Part shown: positions 45,101 through 56,107 of the stretch, piece by piece | Layout of the letters: each line of letters opens with the position of its first letter | Numbering within the stretch: position 1 is the stretch's first letter | Assembly (NCBI GenBank): GCA_043228905.1 | Contig: JBHGNT010000001.1 | Coordinates: 32,426,001 to 32,490,000 of the forward strand | Length of the DNA: 64,000 nucleotides | Origin: Azolla caroliniana | Taxonomy: Eukaryota; Plantae; Polypodiophyta | Direction of reading: 5' to 3' | Position numbers and translations under genes: made by a program | Notes under the pieces: generated by a model | The model's database searches: none | Seen by the model: only the letters and a program-made list of their open reading frames with translations | What the model was told of the DNA's origin: nothing

Positions 45101-48100
45101 GCAGCATCTTTACCCTATTACCTCAGGCTATGTCTGTTTGAACATCATTCTATAAAAGAAAAATACGTTCTCATCCTCAATTATCATTAACTTCTCTTAC
45201 AAAGTATGAGAGATGCCATAGTAGCTATTGCAGGTGAGGTCGATAGCTCCTGAGTTCAATAGACGTTATGCCTCAAATGTGTCCATAAATGTTTTAAAAC
45301 TTCCTTCATATCAAGACATATGTTATGACATCTCCTGCATTGAAACAAGGTTCAACCTTGTATACCATTAGATATAAAATGTCCTCTCATCCTATGGCTT
45401 TGCCTCCACATATAGCAAGCATATATACAATTTACTAACACAGTCTTAAACATATGATAAATTCTTCAACGGTACAGCGCCAGCACATTACCTTCTCATA
45501 AAATCCTCGGAATGACCAGGATACTGTAGTACATTTCCTGAAACATACAAAGAAAGGAATGGATACTATGCACAATGAAGATGCTAGCCAGAAAACAGCT
45601 TCACTTTCAACAAAACGGTCATACGCATAAGTAGATAACAATAGTACTTTGGAGGATTGAAAGTCTCTCCAACTTGCCGCCACAACTTGTTAGCTGTCAC
45701 CTGCATCAAATAATGAGAAGCCTGTTTTAAAACAGCAACAATAAGTGCATTTATTTGTAATCCCATTATCATACAGTTCGGCAGGATAACTTTCTACTTT
45801 TCACTTTATTCAAAGCAATTTAACCCATCCTGTAGATCTCAGCAAGATGTGAAATAGGAGAAAGAGTTTCCTCATTTCAAAACTTAGGAGATGTTTGGGT
45901 GTTTTAACAGATGTATTTACATAAAAAGTATACATCTGCAAGCCACTGAAGATAGATTTATATAACACCCACATTTGAAATAGTTTCTATTTAATTGAGG
46001 CACAAGATAGAAATAAATATATGTTAGTGATTGATAAAAATGAAAATAAGACAAGAAAGTACACATTTTCAAGTTATGAGAGACGCAAATAGATAGAATG
46101 AGCAAATCATGTGTCAGCTCAGAAGACTAGGGAAAATTAGAGAATTTGATGTAGGTTCTATTCAGATATATATAGTGAGGAAGCAAATTCATATTGAAAA
46201 TTTTACAGCACCATTTTTATGATTTTTCAGCAAACAGACACATTAGAACCATCAAAAAATTCTCAAATACCCTGGAAACAATGAAACCAATTTTTTATTT
46301 CACAAGCTGAAGGAAGCGGTAGGAAGTCACCATTTCCAACAACTATACATTCTATCTAATCTATTTTCTTTTTCATCCATCTTGGAAATATCCTTATAGC
46401 ATTGATGTTAAGGAAATTATCCATGTTTTACTCTGATCACAAATATAGTTCTCCAATCTTTTACGTTCCAAATATCCATTATGCATTATCACACTTCAAA
46501 ACACAAATAATGGATGTCTGTGCATTCCTTTCTGAAATCGAAAAACATATGCATGTAGCAAACTAGAGACAGTAACAAAGAACTTACATAATCATATGCT
46601 CCCAGTCGGATGACAGTTCTCCATAGCCTGCAATGGCAAAGAAATATTTTTTTATCCTATCCTCAGAGAATACTTCGCCGATTTATGATTCTATTTGCTT
46701 ATAAGTTGTTTCCAAGGAAAAGCTGGATTTTTGCACAAATATTCTTTTAATTTCTCTTTTTTGATGACCTTATGCAAGAAGTTTTAGACAGTTTCTCAGA
46801 TGAGAAAGAGAATCCACTTCAAAGTTTAAATATGCATGCAACATAATGTATATGGGTATGGAAGCATGTTTGAAGTATGTTTGAGGTCTCAGACTGGAAT
46901 AATCGTTACCCTATTTTTTTCATCCGTCATATATATACAATGTTACAATTCTTTTTGTTCCACTTTCCCTGATGTTTCCCATTTGGAAAAAAGAGCCTAA
47001 TTTCCTTGATGCTTCTCTATAATGCTCAACATAGCACGCTTCTGCAGGCAAGGCAAAGCATACCTATTAAGCTCGTTTTCCACCTCTCCTAAACAAGTTC
47101 ATCATTTTAGTTCTTTTTTCGCAAAATTGGGAAACATAATAGGAAAACGTCTGACACTTTGTGCATTGACAGAATAACATGAATTTTTGCAGCAGAATGT
47201 AGATTATCCATATGAGAACACATCATTCGGAAATAGAAAATAGAATCAACGGGTAGATGTTTACAATGAATACTATGTACAAGGAAAACAACAAAATACC
47301 CAGGGCACAAAAACTTGAACAGATTGAAAAGCCAATGGCATAAAAAAAACCAGTTACTTCAGCGGATTAAAAGCCAGTTAAAAGTCAAGACAGAAAAAAT
47401 ACACTTGTGAACTGATTACAAAGTGAGGCAAAAAAGGTCAGTCACTTCAGCAGATGACAAAAAGAGGTCATGTCAACAGATTAAAAAGTCAAGATACAAA
47501 GATAATCAATTAGTTAAGCTGATAAGAACCACAAAAAAAAGCATAAAAATCACTCATTTGAGCAGATTAAAAAGCTAAGGCACAAAATAACAACATAATT
47601 CAAGGTGGCGGCACAAGGAAAAACATATATGAGCAGATTAAAAAGTCAATTCACAAAAATACCAGAATAATGTCTACAACGAAAAACTTCAGGCAAAAGT
47701 GAATGGCAATCGTCATGGAAGATACAGAAACCACGTTTTCCTGGGCAGATTAAAAAGCCAACTGCAAAAAGTCTTGCAAGGCACAAAAAGATACACTTTT
47801 GTAGAGCATAGGAGGTAAAAATAACACTTACTAGAGAATAGTAAGCTAAACAATACTGCTTACTTGCACATGGTAAACAAACGAAAGGCCAATTGCATGA
47901 GCTTATCAATTTAAAATAAACATTACTTACTGGAGCATATTAAGGTTAGTTCCATAGAATCTGGGAGGCCGGTACTCCATTTTGCGGTTGGATAGGAAAC
48001 GTGACACCTCGCGAGAGAATTCTTCTTGCTCCTCAGGTGTTCCTGCATCTAGTTCTGGTGGCCTTTTCAAGAAGTCTAGAACACTAGGTGGCTCTTGTGG

Positions 48101-48826
48101 TTCCTTCTCTTCTTCTTCTTCTTCTTCATCTTCTTCTCCTTCAGAATCCTTATCCTCTTCTTCTTCATCTTCATCGTTGTCTTCTACTCCTTTTCTTACC
48201 TTCTCTTCTAATTCAAACCTTCTTGCTGCATCTTCATCTTCTTCGACCCCTTTTCTTGCATTTTCATCTTCTTCTTCTTCATCTACATATTCGTCTTCTT
48301 CATCGTCATCTTCAGTCACTCTTCTCACATTTGCTTCTTCTTCATCAATTCCTCTTCTCACATTTTCTTCTTCGAATTCTCTTCTTCTCAAGTTTTCGTC
48401 TTCAATTTGCCTTCTTCTATCTATATCTTCTTCATCATCTTCCTCGTCATCTTCCTCGTCGTCCTCTTCGTCGTCCTCTTCATCATCCTCTTCTTCTTCA
48501 TCTTCTGCGAGAAGAGGGCCAGAGTATTCTTCTTCCTCAGCTTCTTCTAGGCCTTCTAGCTCATCTAGAAGCTTCCTTTCTTCATCATTCGTGCCGCCTC
48601 CTGCTCCTTCTTCTTCCTCCTCCTCTTCATCATCGTCGTCTTCGTCGTCTGCTTCTGCTTCTGCTTCTGCTTCTGCTTCTGCCTCTGCTTCCTCCTCTGA
48701 GAAGGTATCTAAGGTCTCTCTCTCCCCTCTTCGCCTTCCACCTCCTCTTCCTTCTTTCTCTCTTTCGTCTCTGTCTACTCTTCCGTCGGCGTTCGAATCC
48801 ATCGTGCCAGGCCTGGCTATGGCCAA
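42120..48826 (-). CDS. ARID/BRIGHT DNA-binding protein with C-terminal alpha-crystallin/HSP20-like domain, 11 exons, ~605 aa
   Basis: Exons 48826-47931, 46627-46588, 45700-45648, 45537-45492, 44282-44175, 43945-43844, 43766-43721, 43636-43353, 42861-42811, 42706-42614, 42218-42120 (1818 nt). ARID: PPRFYGTNLNMLQLWRTVIRLGAYDYVTANKLWRQVGETFNPPKKCTTVSWSFRGFYEKSLLDYE. Also GRARRDAATRAMQGWHSQ and ACD ADWVKINVHKTGDCFEVYALVPGLL...NPWGVTPFRKVIKLPSAID...TLHGQLFVRVPY. The exon-5 donor has a possible alternative. Confidence 0.88.
44736..45240. repeat. ~250-bp tandem duplication in ARID intron 4
   Basis: TGTGCTACCTCTGCATA...GAATCATGGTTAATATGACAGAGAACCC...CATCATTCTATAAAAGAAAAATA...GTAGCTATTG occurs twice. 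Confidence 0.85.
47310..47800. repeat. Degenerate array of the motif (A/G)CAGATTAAAAAG(T/C)CAA in ARID intron 1
   Basis: Variants at ~47319, 47361, 47411, 47449, 47476, 47517, 47561, 47632 and 47744, with irregular spacing. Confidence 0.65.
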
Positions 48827-49569
48827 GGAATCTCTCTCTCGCTCGCTCGCTGTCTGTCTGTCTGTCTGTCTGTGTCTGAATAGCCCCCTCTCTCTTTTCT
48901 TCTTCTTCTTCTTCTTCTTCTTCTTCTCTCTCTCTGAGACTCTCTCTTTCTCTCTCTACTAGCTCTGTCTAGGTCATAAAACCTCTCTCTTTCTCTTTCT
49001 TCTTTCTCTTTCTCTCTATGTGTGTATCTCTAGTTCAGACGACCTAAATTCTCTCTCCTCCTCCTCCTCCCTTGGTTCCTAGGATTGTCCTGAGATGTGT
49101 CTTCGGGTTTGGCCCGGGTGCCGGGCCGGCCGGGAGCCCGAGGGCCCGGTCGTCTTTCATGGAAGCTTACCATAGGAACCCCGCCTTCCTCTCACATTTA
49201 CCTCATATTCCCGCCTTCGTATGGAAGGATGCACATCCCCCCCCCCCCCCCATCCCCTCCTACGTTACTTGGTGGCCCTCCCGTGTGTTCTGGAAAAAGA
49301 AACTTGCTTTCCAGCCCCAAAAATGTTCTGTAAATGTCAATACTTTGTCTCTACCCCAAGCTCAAAATCAGAACAACTCTTCCCCAAATGCTAATTACCA
49401 GACAGTTTGACATAAAAAAGCATTGTTCTCATAGCCAAACACATCATGTAAAATGTGTCTATGAGCCATATGCTCTGAATTCTCTCTAACTTCTTTGTCT
49501 ACGTATATCATGGAACACACACACACACTCTCTCTCTGATATAAAAGAGTGTCTTTGGTTTTGACGAAC

Positions 49570-51450
49570 AAGTGGCACTCAAACATAAAAATCTCATTTC
49601 ACCACAATCGCAACTGGAATGGTTTCATTGTATGCATTCATATAATCATATTTCATTCTCTTATAGAAAGTTGACCACATGTGCTAAATCATACGATTTG
49701 GTATCGATTCTCCTTCTTGATGCGATAACCTTAAAGTTGCGAACAAGGAATGTCAAGGACCTTAACGCACACCAAAAGGAGCCAGATTACATTCGAGCAA
49801 GGGAACACAAAGTCCAAGCTCACTACAATGACGGGGCCACGTCATGGTATGAGATCGACTTCCTTGCAAGTTGAGAATATGAATATATTGCTTGAAGGTC
49901 TAGCTGACGAGAACCTTGAAGAATACCTAGAGAACCATCCAAATATTATCTTGTTTTTCGAGATCAAAGTCCATTAATGTGGTGCAACTCCACTAATATC
50001 AACCACCAATGGTAGTAGCCATCTTAATTGATGCATCGAGTTATGCACCAAAACCACCATGCATGTCTATCCTCAAACTCCACTAATATCAACCACCAAT
50101 GGTAGTAGCCATCTTAATTGATGCATCGAGTTATGCACCAAAACCACCATGCATGTCTATCCTCAAACTCACACGAGCATGTGGAATATTGTGTTTGCTA
50201 AACCAAAATTCAGCATGTGCAAGCCATGACCGACGAGGGGGTTAACCTAGAGCACCAATGCATAAGCAATTCTAATTACAACGAACCTTACATCTCTTCA
50301 CCAACACCTCCTTGGCATGGTCAAAATGTATACTGACATCTTCTTGTGGTCTTATGAGGACATATGCGTGTTGAATCCTACGTTCTACCAACATCAAATA
50401 AACCTATAGAAGAGTGGGAAAAAATAAGTTTTGCATTGATTATCGCAAGCTGAATACTATTCTCACTATTGGTTATGGACAATGTTGTGGACATCATCAT
50501 GAGTCATGAGATATAAATATTCCTGGATGGGTGCAATGACTATAACCAAATGTATATGGTGGTTGTATATCAAGAAAATACAACATTCATCACAAAATGA
50601 CTATGATGTTCAGCCACAAGAAAACATTAACTAATTTTCAACAAATCATCACAAAGATTGTACGGCTATAATTGTTTACCTATATGGTCTAGAACTTTGA
50701 TGTATTCAATGTCAAATTTTCCCATATGTGACATTTGATGATATGCCTTGAAAATGATGCACCATGAAATTGAGCTTTAAACCAATCAAGTGCAATTTTA
50801 AGGTTTTCAGTGATATGGTGTTTGGGCAAATCATCAATAAGGGAAACATCGCCGTGGATCCCAATAAAGTCAAGGTCATCTTGAGGCCCTTACCCTGACC
50901 AACGTGAAGAGCCTCAATTTCTTCATGAACCATTTATGATGACATTGTCAAATACTACAGTATTTGGTGGACTTCATCGCACTACACATGTCATTGTCCA
51001 TCGCACTTCATTTTCATAGATGAAGGTTCAAAATATGCCTTTTGGGGTGCAAGTTCCTAAGCTACTTGTTTGTTTTAATTAGTGATGGGAGGTATTTATT
51101 TATATCTCCTATTTACTGTTTAGAGTTCTTTGTGCCTATTTCCTGTGGGAGCTTCTTTGTTGTTTAGGTTTAGGGGAAATAGATTTTGTGGTAATTCCTC
51201 ATAACTTGGCTTTAGACATACTTAGTTGACCAATTGTGCCTTCATTGTTTTTGCCATTGCCAATGCCATAATATAGGCTATTGGAGCCCATTGCTTTCCA
51301 AACACTAGTCTAGAGTGCACTTGAAAGAAGAGGACAAGTAAGTTGGCTTTGAAGTAGGATTCATAGTGGTCATGGTGCTAGTCAATTATAGCCATAACAT
51401 TCCTTCTATTCAATCCCGACGAGTTGTTGGAGTTGTATTATGCACTCACT
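49570..51450 (+). mobile_element. Decayed Ty3/gypsy RT remnant containing a 90-bp tandem duplication (49987-50170)
   Basis: CIDYRKLN (~50432), FLDGCNDYNQ (~50520), VDPNKVKVI (~50853). The exact 90-bp repeat starts CACTAATATC at 49991 and 50081. Confidence 0.7.
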
Positions 51451-52196
51451 TCAAGATGGAATGACATTTTTTGGATACTTGTCATAACTCGTTCTATATG
51501 CCCTAAACGTTGTCGTGAAGATTTTCGTCCACAAGCGGAAACCCGAGCAACGAGAGCCAAAGAGCGATGTGCAACGTTGCACACGTACATAATGTATTTG
51601 TAATAGTAATAAAGGTATAAAGGTGATGTGGTTGTACGCACATCCACGCGAGAGAGAGAGAGAGAGAGGTACTATGCGGTACATAGGTACCTAGTTGTTT
51701 GTGAGGAGGTGGGAGTTAAGGGGCCATCAATCTCACCCTCCCCCAAATCAAGGCAAATATGCCCTTTGAATGAAAGGGGATATTTTAGTCTCACTTTTGT
51801 AAGCGGTCTTCCCTCCTTGTGCTATAAAAGGAGAGAGAAGGCACCATTGTGGGGGTTGCCTATTTTGTGTGAGTAAGGCATACCACTTAGTCGAGGGTTC
51901 TACTTCTTCCCATTTCATTTTAGGGTTAGGGTTTCGGTTACGGTTTTCTTCTTGGGTTTTCCTTTAGGGTTTTTCATATAGTCATTTGGTGCGGCCATGG
52001 CGGCCACCATTTTGTTGTAATCATTCATTTCTTAATAGAACTTCTTGTTGAGTATCTTGATTGCATCTTCTTCTTCTATCATAATGTCATATTCGTTCAC
52101 TTCTCCTCTTGAGCTAATCTTTCTCCTCCACTCCCTAGTCCAAGATCCCCGTGGTCCCGCCTTTCTCCACGCACGCGCATAATAACGTGACATCTT

Positions 52197-52213
52197 TGGT
52201 GAACCCGACGTGA
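52197..52213 (+). other. Primer-binding site complementary to the tRNA-Trp 3' end
   Basis: TGGTGAACCCGACGTGA lies 4 nt after the LTR-terminal CA. It is one base different from the ASLV tRNA-Trp PBS TGGTGACCCCGACGTGA(T). Confidence 0.8.
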
Positions 52214-52229
52214 AAGGCGGCAAGGGAGG

Positions 52230-53779
52230 ATGGAGTCGGAAGACGACAACCTTGCGGAGATGGTGGCCGAAGTGGTGTTGGAGTCGGCACGAGTGGTGAT
52301 GAGGCGAGAAGCAACGCAACAAGCGGTTGGGTGAGTAGTCGAAAGAGTCGGCCGTTTCAACGGGGACAAAGTCCCATCTTACTTGGAAGCCTACAACGCG
52401 GAAATGGAAGAGCGTGGTGTAGACGAGGCGTTGAGGCTGGAGTTCTTCTGCCGGGTCGTAGCTGTTCGGATGCATGCGGAAGTAATGGAGCTCCGTGAGG
52501 CTCGTGGTTCGTGGGAGGCCTTCGAAGAGGCGCTCCTGAAGGCATACGGAGGACGGCGGAAGAGCCGGGGACGGCACCACTTCGACCAGTGGGTAGCATT
52601 GGCAAAGACCCACCGGGGTGCGACAAAGGCGTTCCGGGAATTCGAGCGACGACTTGCTCGGCTCCCAGAGCGGGAACAAGGTTTGGTGGGGGCGGAGCGC
52701 TCCTGAAGGCATACGGAGGACGGTGGAAGAGCCGGGGACGGCACCACTTCGACTAGTGGGTAGCATCGGCAAAGACCCACCGGGGTGCGACGAAGGCGTT
52801 CCGGGAATTCGAGCGACGACTTGCTCGGCTCCCAGAGCGGGAACAAGGTTTGGTGGGGGCGGACAAAGTCCTTTTGTTTGTCAGGTCGATCGATCGGGCG
52901 GAATGGGAAGCCATCGGGATTGAGCTCGAAGACGATGATGGAGCGAATGGGCTTACGGAGGACTGGTCGAAGGTCGGAAGGGTGTGCCAACGGCTAGATG
53001 ATGAGCGAGCCGAGAGGGCTAAGAGGAAGGGACGCGACGGCGTGCCATCATAGCGGGAAGAGGCCGAACGGCAGGGAGAGTCGACAAGGGTCGGCGTTGG
53101 GGCCAGGATTGCGGAGGCGTACGCAGCTCTCAAAGTGATGCTCGAGGAAGAAGGAAGATCGAGGCCGGAAGCCGAGACCGAGGAGACGGACTTGCCCCAC
53201 GCGACGACGGAAGATCGGTACGACGGTACCACGGGAGAGGGTGCGGAACGAAACGCTCTCTCGACATGCGGAGAGAGAACGGCCAAGGACGAGGCCGAGA
53301 TACCGATCGAGGAACCGGAACGTTGGGACCAACGGTTTCGGGCGTGTCAGCATGAGATCCCGGTCATTGGAGAAGCAAGCCCAGACGGGGCTTGCGCGAT
53401 CGGTAAGAAGTCGACCACCGACCACGGAGAGCCGGTGGCTACGGACAAGGGCGTAAAACGGACGGGCAATTCCTTGTGTCTTCCCACACTTGCTCCCGAG
53501 ACGATGGCAGTTGGGCCCTAGTGCCCACGTGAGTCCCAAGTGGAGGAAGGCGGCGACGAAGGGCCAAGAATCACCGGCGTGACGATACGGGGAAGGAGCG
53601 GACGAAAGCCCACGGACCCGATTCTGGAGAACTCGGCATTCGGGCCCGTATGCCCATGTAAGACCGAAGAGATGGATGGCGGTACCGAGGAGTCCTGGCA
53701 CGATGCCAGCGAAGTCGGATGGGAAACGGCCTGCGAGGAGGCCGAGGACGGACACGGCACGAGAGGATCAACATTCTGA
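52230..53779 (+). pseudogene. Degenerate gag (capsid-like) plus acidic extension of element A
   Basis: RFNGDKVPSYLEAYNAEM...KVLLFVRSIDRAEWEAIGIELEDDDGANGLTEDWSKVGRVC aligns by eye with element B gag LFVKSVDERDREQVGLLLETEDGLTTDWAAVKKVC. Broken by TGA/TAG stops and a 167-bp duplication (52531-52697 vs 52698-52864). Confidence 0.75.
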
Positions 53780-55243
53780 TACGGGTGGAGCGTAATCCGG
53801 TCGTGGATCGTTCGATCGGGGCCGAACTCGACATGAAGGGGCCGATGCGGGAGAGGGTGCGGGACGAGCCGCCCTCTTTTACATGGGGAGAAAGACCGAC
53901 CGGGCGAAGGTCGAGATTTGGAAAGAGAATGAAAGCCGGTCCTATGGGTTGCCTTACACCGATCCGGCTGCAGGCCCGAGTGCCGGCGTGAGTCCGACAA
54001 GAGAGTCGGTGGCGACAGGAGAACGGGACTCGGCAATCCGGAGGAAGGATGAACGGACCCGAGCGAGAACCGGGCGGAGTGGACTCCGGGATGACCATTC
54101 CGGGAGGGAGGAAGAGAGCAAGGCCTACGAAGAGGCCGAGGAGACGGTACCATGGTACCACGGGAGAGGGTGCGGAGTAAACCACCCTCTCGGCATGCGG
54201 AAAAGGACAACCCGGGACAAGGTCGGAAAATAAGGATCGGAAGCCTACGAAGGATCCTTCACACCGGTTCTAGAGACTTCGGCAATCGGCAACGCGGTCG
54301 ACGTAAGACCAAGATACTGACGGTGGCGGCGAGGTGACGAAGACAATGGGCGTAAGGAAGTTCGGTCCTACGGGATCCCCACACCGGTTCCGGAGACTCC
54401 GGTTGTTCGGCCAACGTGGCAACGTAAGACCGAGGGAGAAGGAAGGTGGCGGCGGGAAACGGGACCCGACTACGCGGAAGACACGAGGAGAGTCCGGGAG
54501 GGACTCAAACAAAAGACGCCCGACTTTCGGTAAGCATAGAAACGGAGTCTGGCCCTATGGGACCCTCACACTGATCCGGAGACTCTGGCAGTTCGGCCAA
54601 CGTGGCAACGTGAGACCGGGGGAGAAGGACGGTGGTGGCAGGGAACGAGACCCGACGACACGAGGTATCGGAAGGAGCCGATAGGGGTGAACACGGGGAG
54701 GTGTGTCAGGCTGGAAAGGCACACCTTGGATAGAAAAATAGTCTTGCGAGTGGCCATCACGGGCCGGATCGAAGCGTGACTATGGGACGGTGCTCGGCGT
54801 GGGCGAGGCCGAACGAAGGAAGCGGAAGACGGCACAAGGGAGGTGCCGAGAACGAAGGGACAAGTGCCTAGTGGACTGCACAGGGTCGGAACCAGGACGA
54901 CAAGAGAGGCCGGAGGAGGATCCTCCACACTCGCTTCGTAGATCTCGGTAACTCCATTGAAGTAACAAAGACGGACACGGCAAGCCGGGGTGACAAGCTG
55001 GTGGGGGCGAGGGGACAACGGCAAGCGAAAGACCCAGGACCTGTTTCAGCAGCACGACGACGGGAAGGGCCAAGCGGGCTACTACGGGGTGTTCCTCGGA
55101 TGCAAAGGACACCGGTATGCGGGTGAACAGCGATGCACGATCAGGCCGGAAAGGGGCCAACGAGGAGTGCAACACGGGCAATACCAAACAACAGACGAGG
55201 GTAGGTGACACACGGAGGTGCCGGAGCGGAAAGGCGAGCGCGG

Positions 55244-56036
55244 TGTCGAGATATTACGCAAGTGCGTGTGGAAACGAGGCGGGACCGCGGGGGTCTCGAA
55301 CCAAAGAGCAAGCGAGGGAGGAGAAAGAGAGAGAACCTGCTACGCAGGACCGGGGATACACAGGGACACGGCCCTTCAGCACGGAGAACGCGAACAGACA
55401 CCGACACAAACAAATGCGAATGACTAAATATGTATATTAACAAAATGGCTAACACGACTACAACCCTCGATGGGGCACAGGTTGGTTACAACCGAACAGG
55501 CCGGCGAACAGATGCCGATGCCTGTTCGCTTCGACGCACAAAGGGGGGTAGCAGGTCGGAGGTGCTGCCGGAAGCACTCGGGCGTTCCTCGAAACAGCGC
55601 GAGCCTCCTCGGAACCCTGCACAGAAAGCTATGGAGCTCAAGAAGGAAGGAAACAGAGAGAGAAGCGTCCAGAAACGGTCCGACAGCACTTCGTCCTCTC
55701 TGCGCGAGATGCCTGCAACAGCTCTTTCCTGCTCCTTATATAGGCCGACGAGCAAGCCGTCATGTCAGCTTTATTCCCTGTCCCTTTCGAACAGGGATCC
55801 GCTCTGTTCTTCACGCATCCGCGTAGTTACGCCGCCGACTCGTACAGTTCCTTAGCTCGCGCGCGCGACCAAAAAGACTGTTCGCGCGGTCTTTGTCTCC
55901 ACTTGTGTTAGGGCCCGTTCCTGCCGATTATCCTCCTAATTCGCTTCTATGTACAACTTGGAGCGTGCGCGCGTGAAGAACCGGTTCCCACGCCTTGGTG
56001 CGCCGATTATGCTTATGGACGGTTTTCTTCACGACA
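55244..56036 (-). repeat. 3' LTR of element B (793 bp)
   Basis: TG...CA termini, preceded by a PPT, TATA-like CCTATATAAGG at ~55745-55734. Both ends resemble the ends of LTR 51511-52192. The adjacent 5 bp (CGCGG, 55239-55243) is the candidate TSD. Confidence 0.85.
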
Positions 56037-56107
56037 TCCGCCCCCACCTAACCGCGCATCCTCCGGTATGCGCCAAGAGAGTTGGGACGGAGAAAACCGG
56101 CCCATCT

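Larger units (their letters stand above)
51511..55243 (+). mobile_element. LTR retroelement A (host): 5' LTR, tRNA-Trp PBS, degenerate gag and extension; interrupted by element B
   Basis: LTR 51511-52192 (TGTCG...TGACA, TATAAAA at ~51823). PBS TGGTGAACCCGACGTGA at 52197-52213. Gag ATG at 52230. No RT/IN motifs seen before the interruption at 55243. Confidence 0.8.

Noticed and set aside
47310-47800. CRISPR-like array
   Set aside because: Eukaryotic intron, degenerate short cores, irregular and mutually similar spacers, no cas genes.
47982-48962. 326-aa Ser-rich and 263-aa Leu-rich plus-strand ORFs
   Set aside because: Antisense shadows of the GAA/GAT-rich ARID exon 1.
51511-56036. A single element with inverted terminal repeats (DIRS-like or TIR)
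   Set aside because: The inverted similarity comes from two antiparallel LTRs, one followed by a PBS and the other preceded by a PPT. A DDE integrase is present and no tyrosine recombinase was seen.
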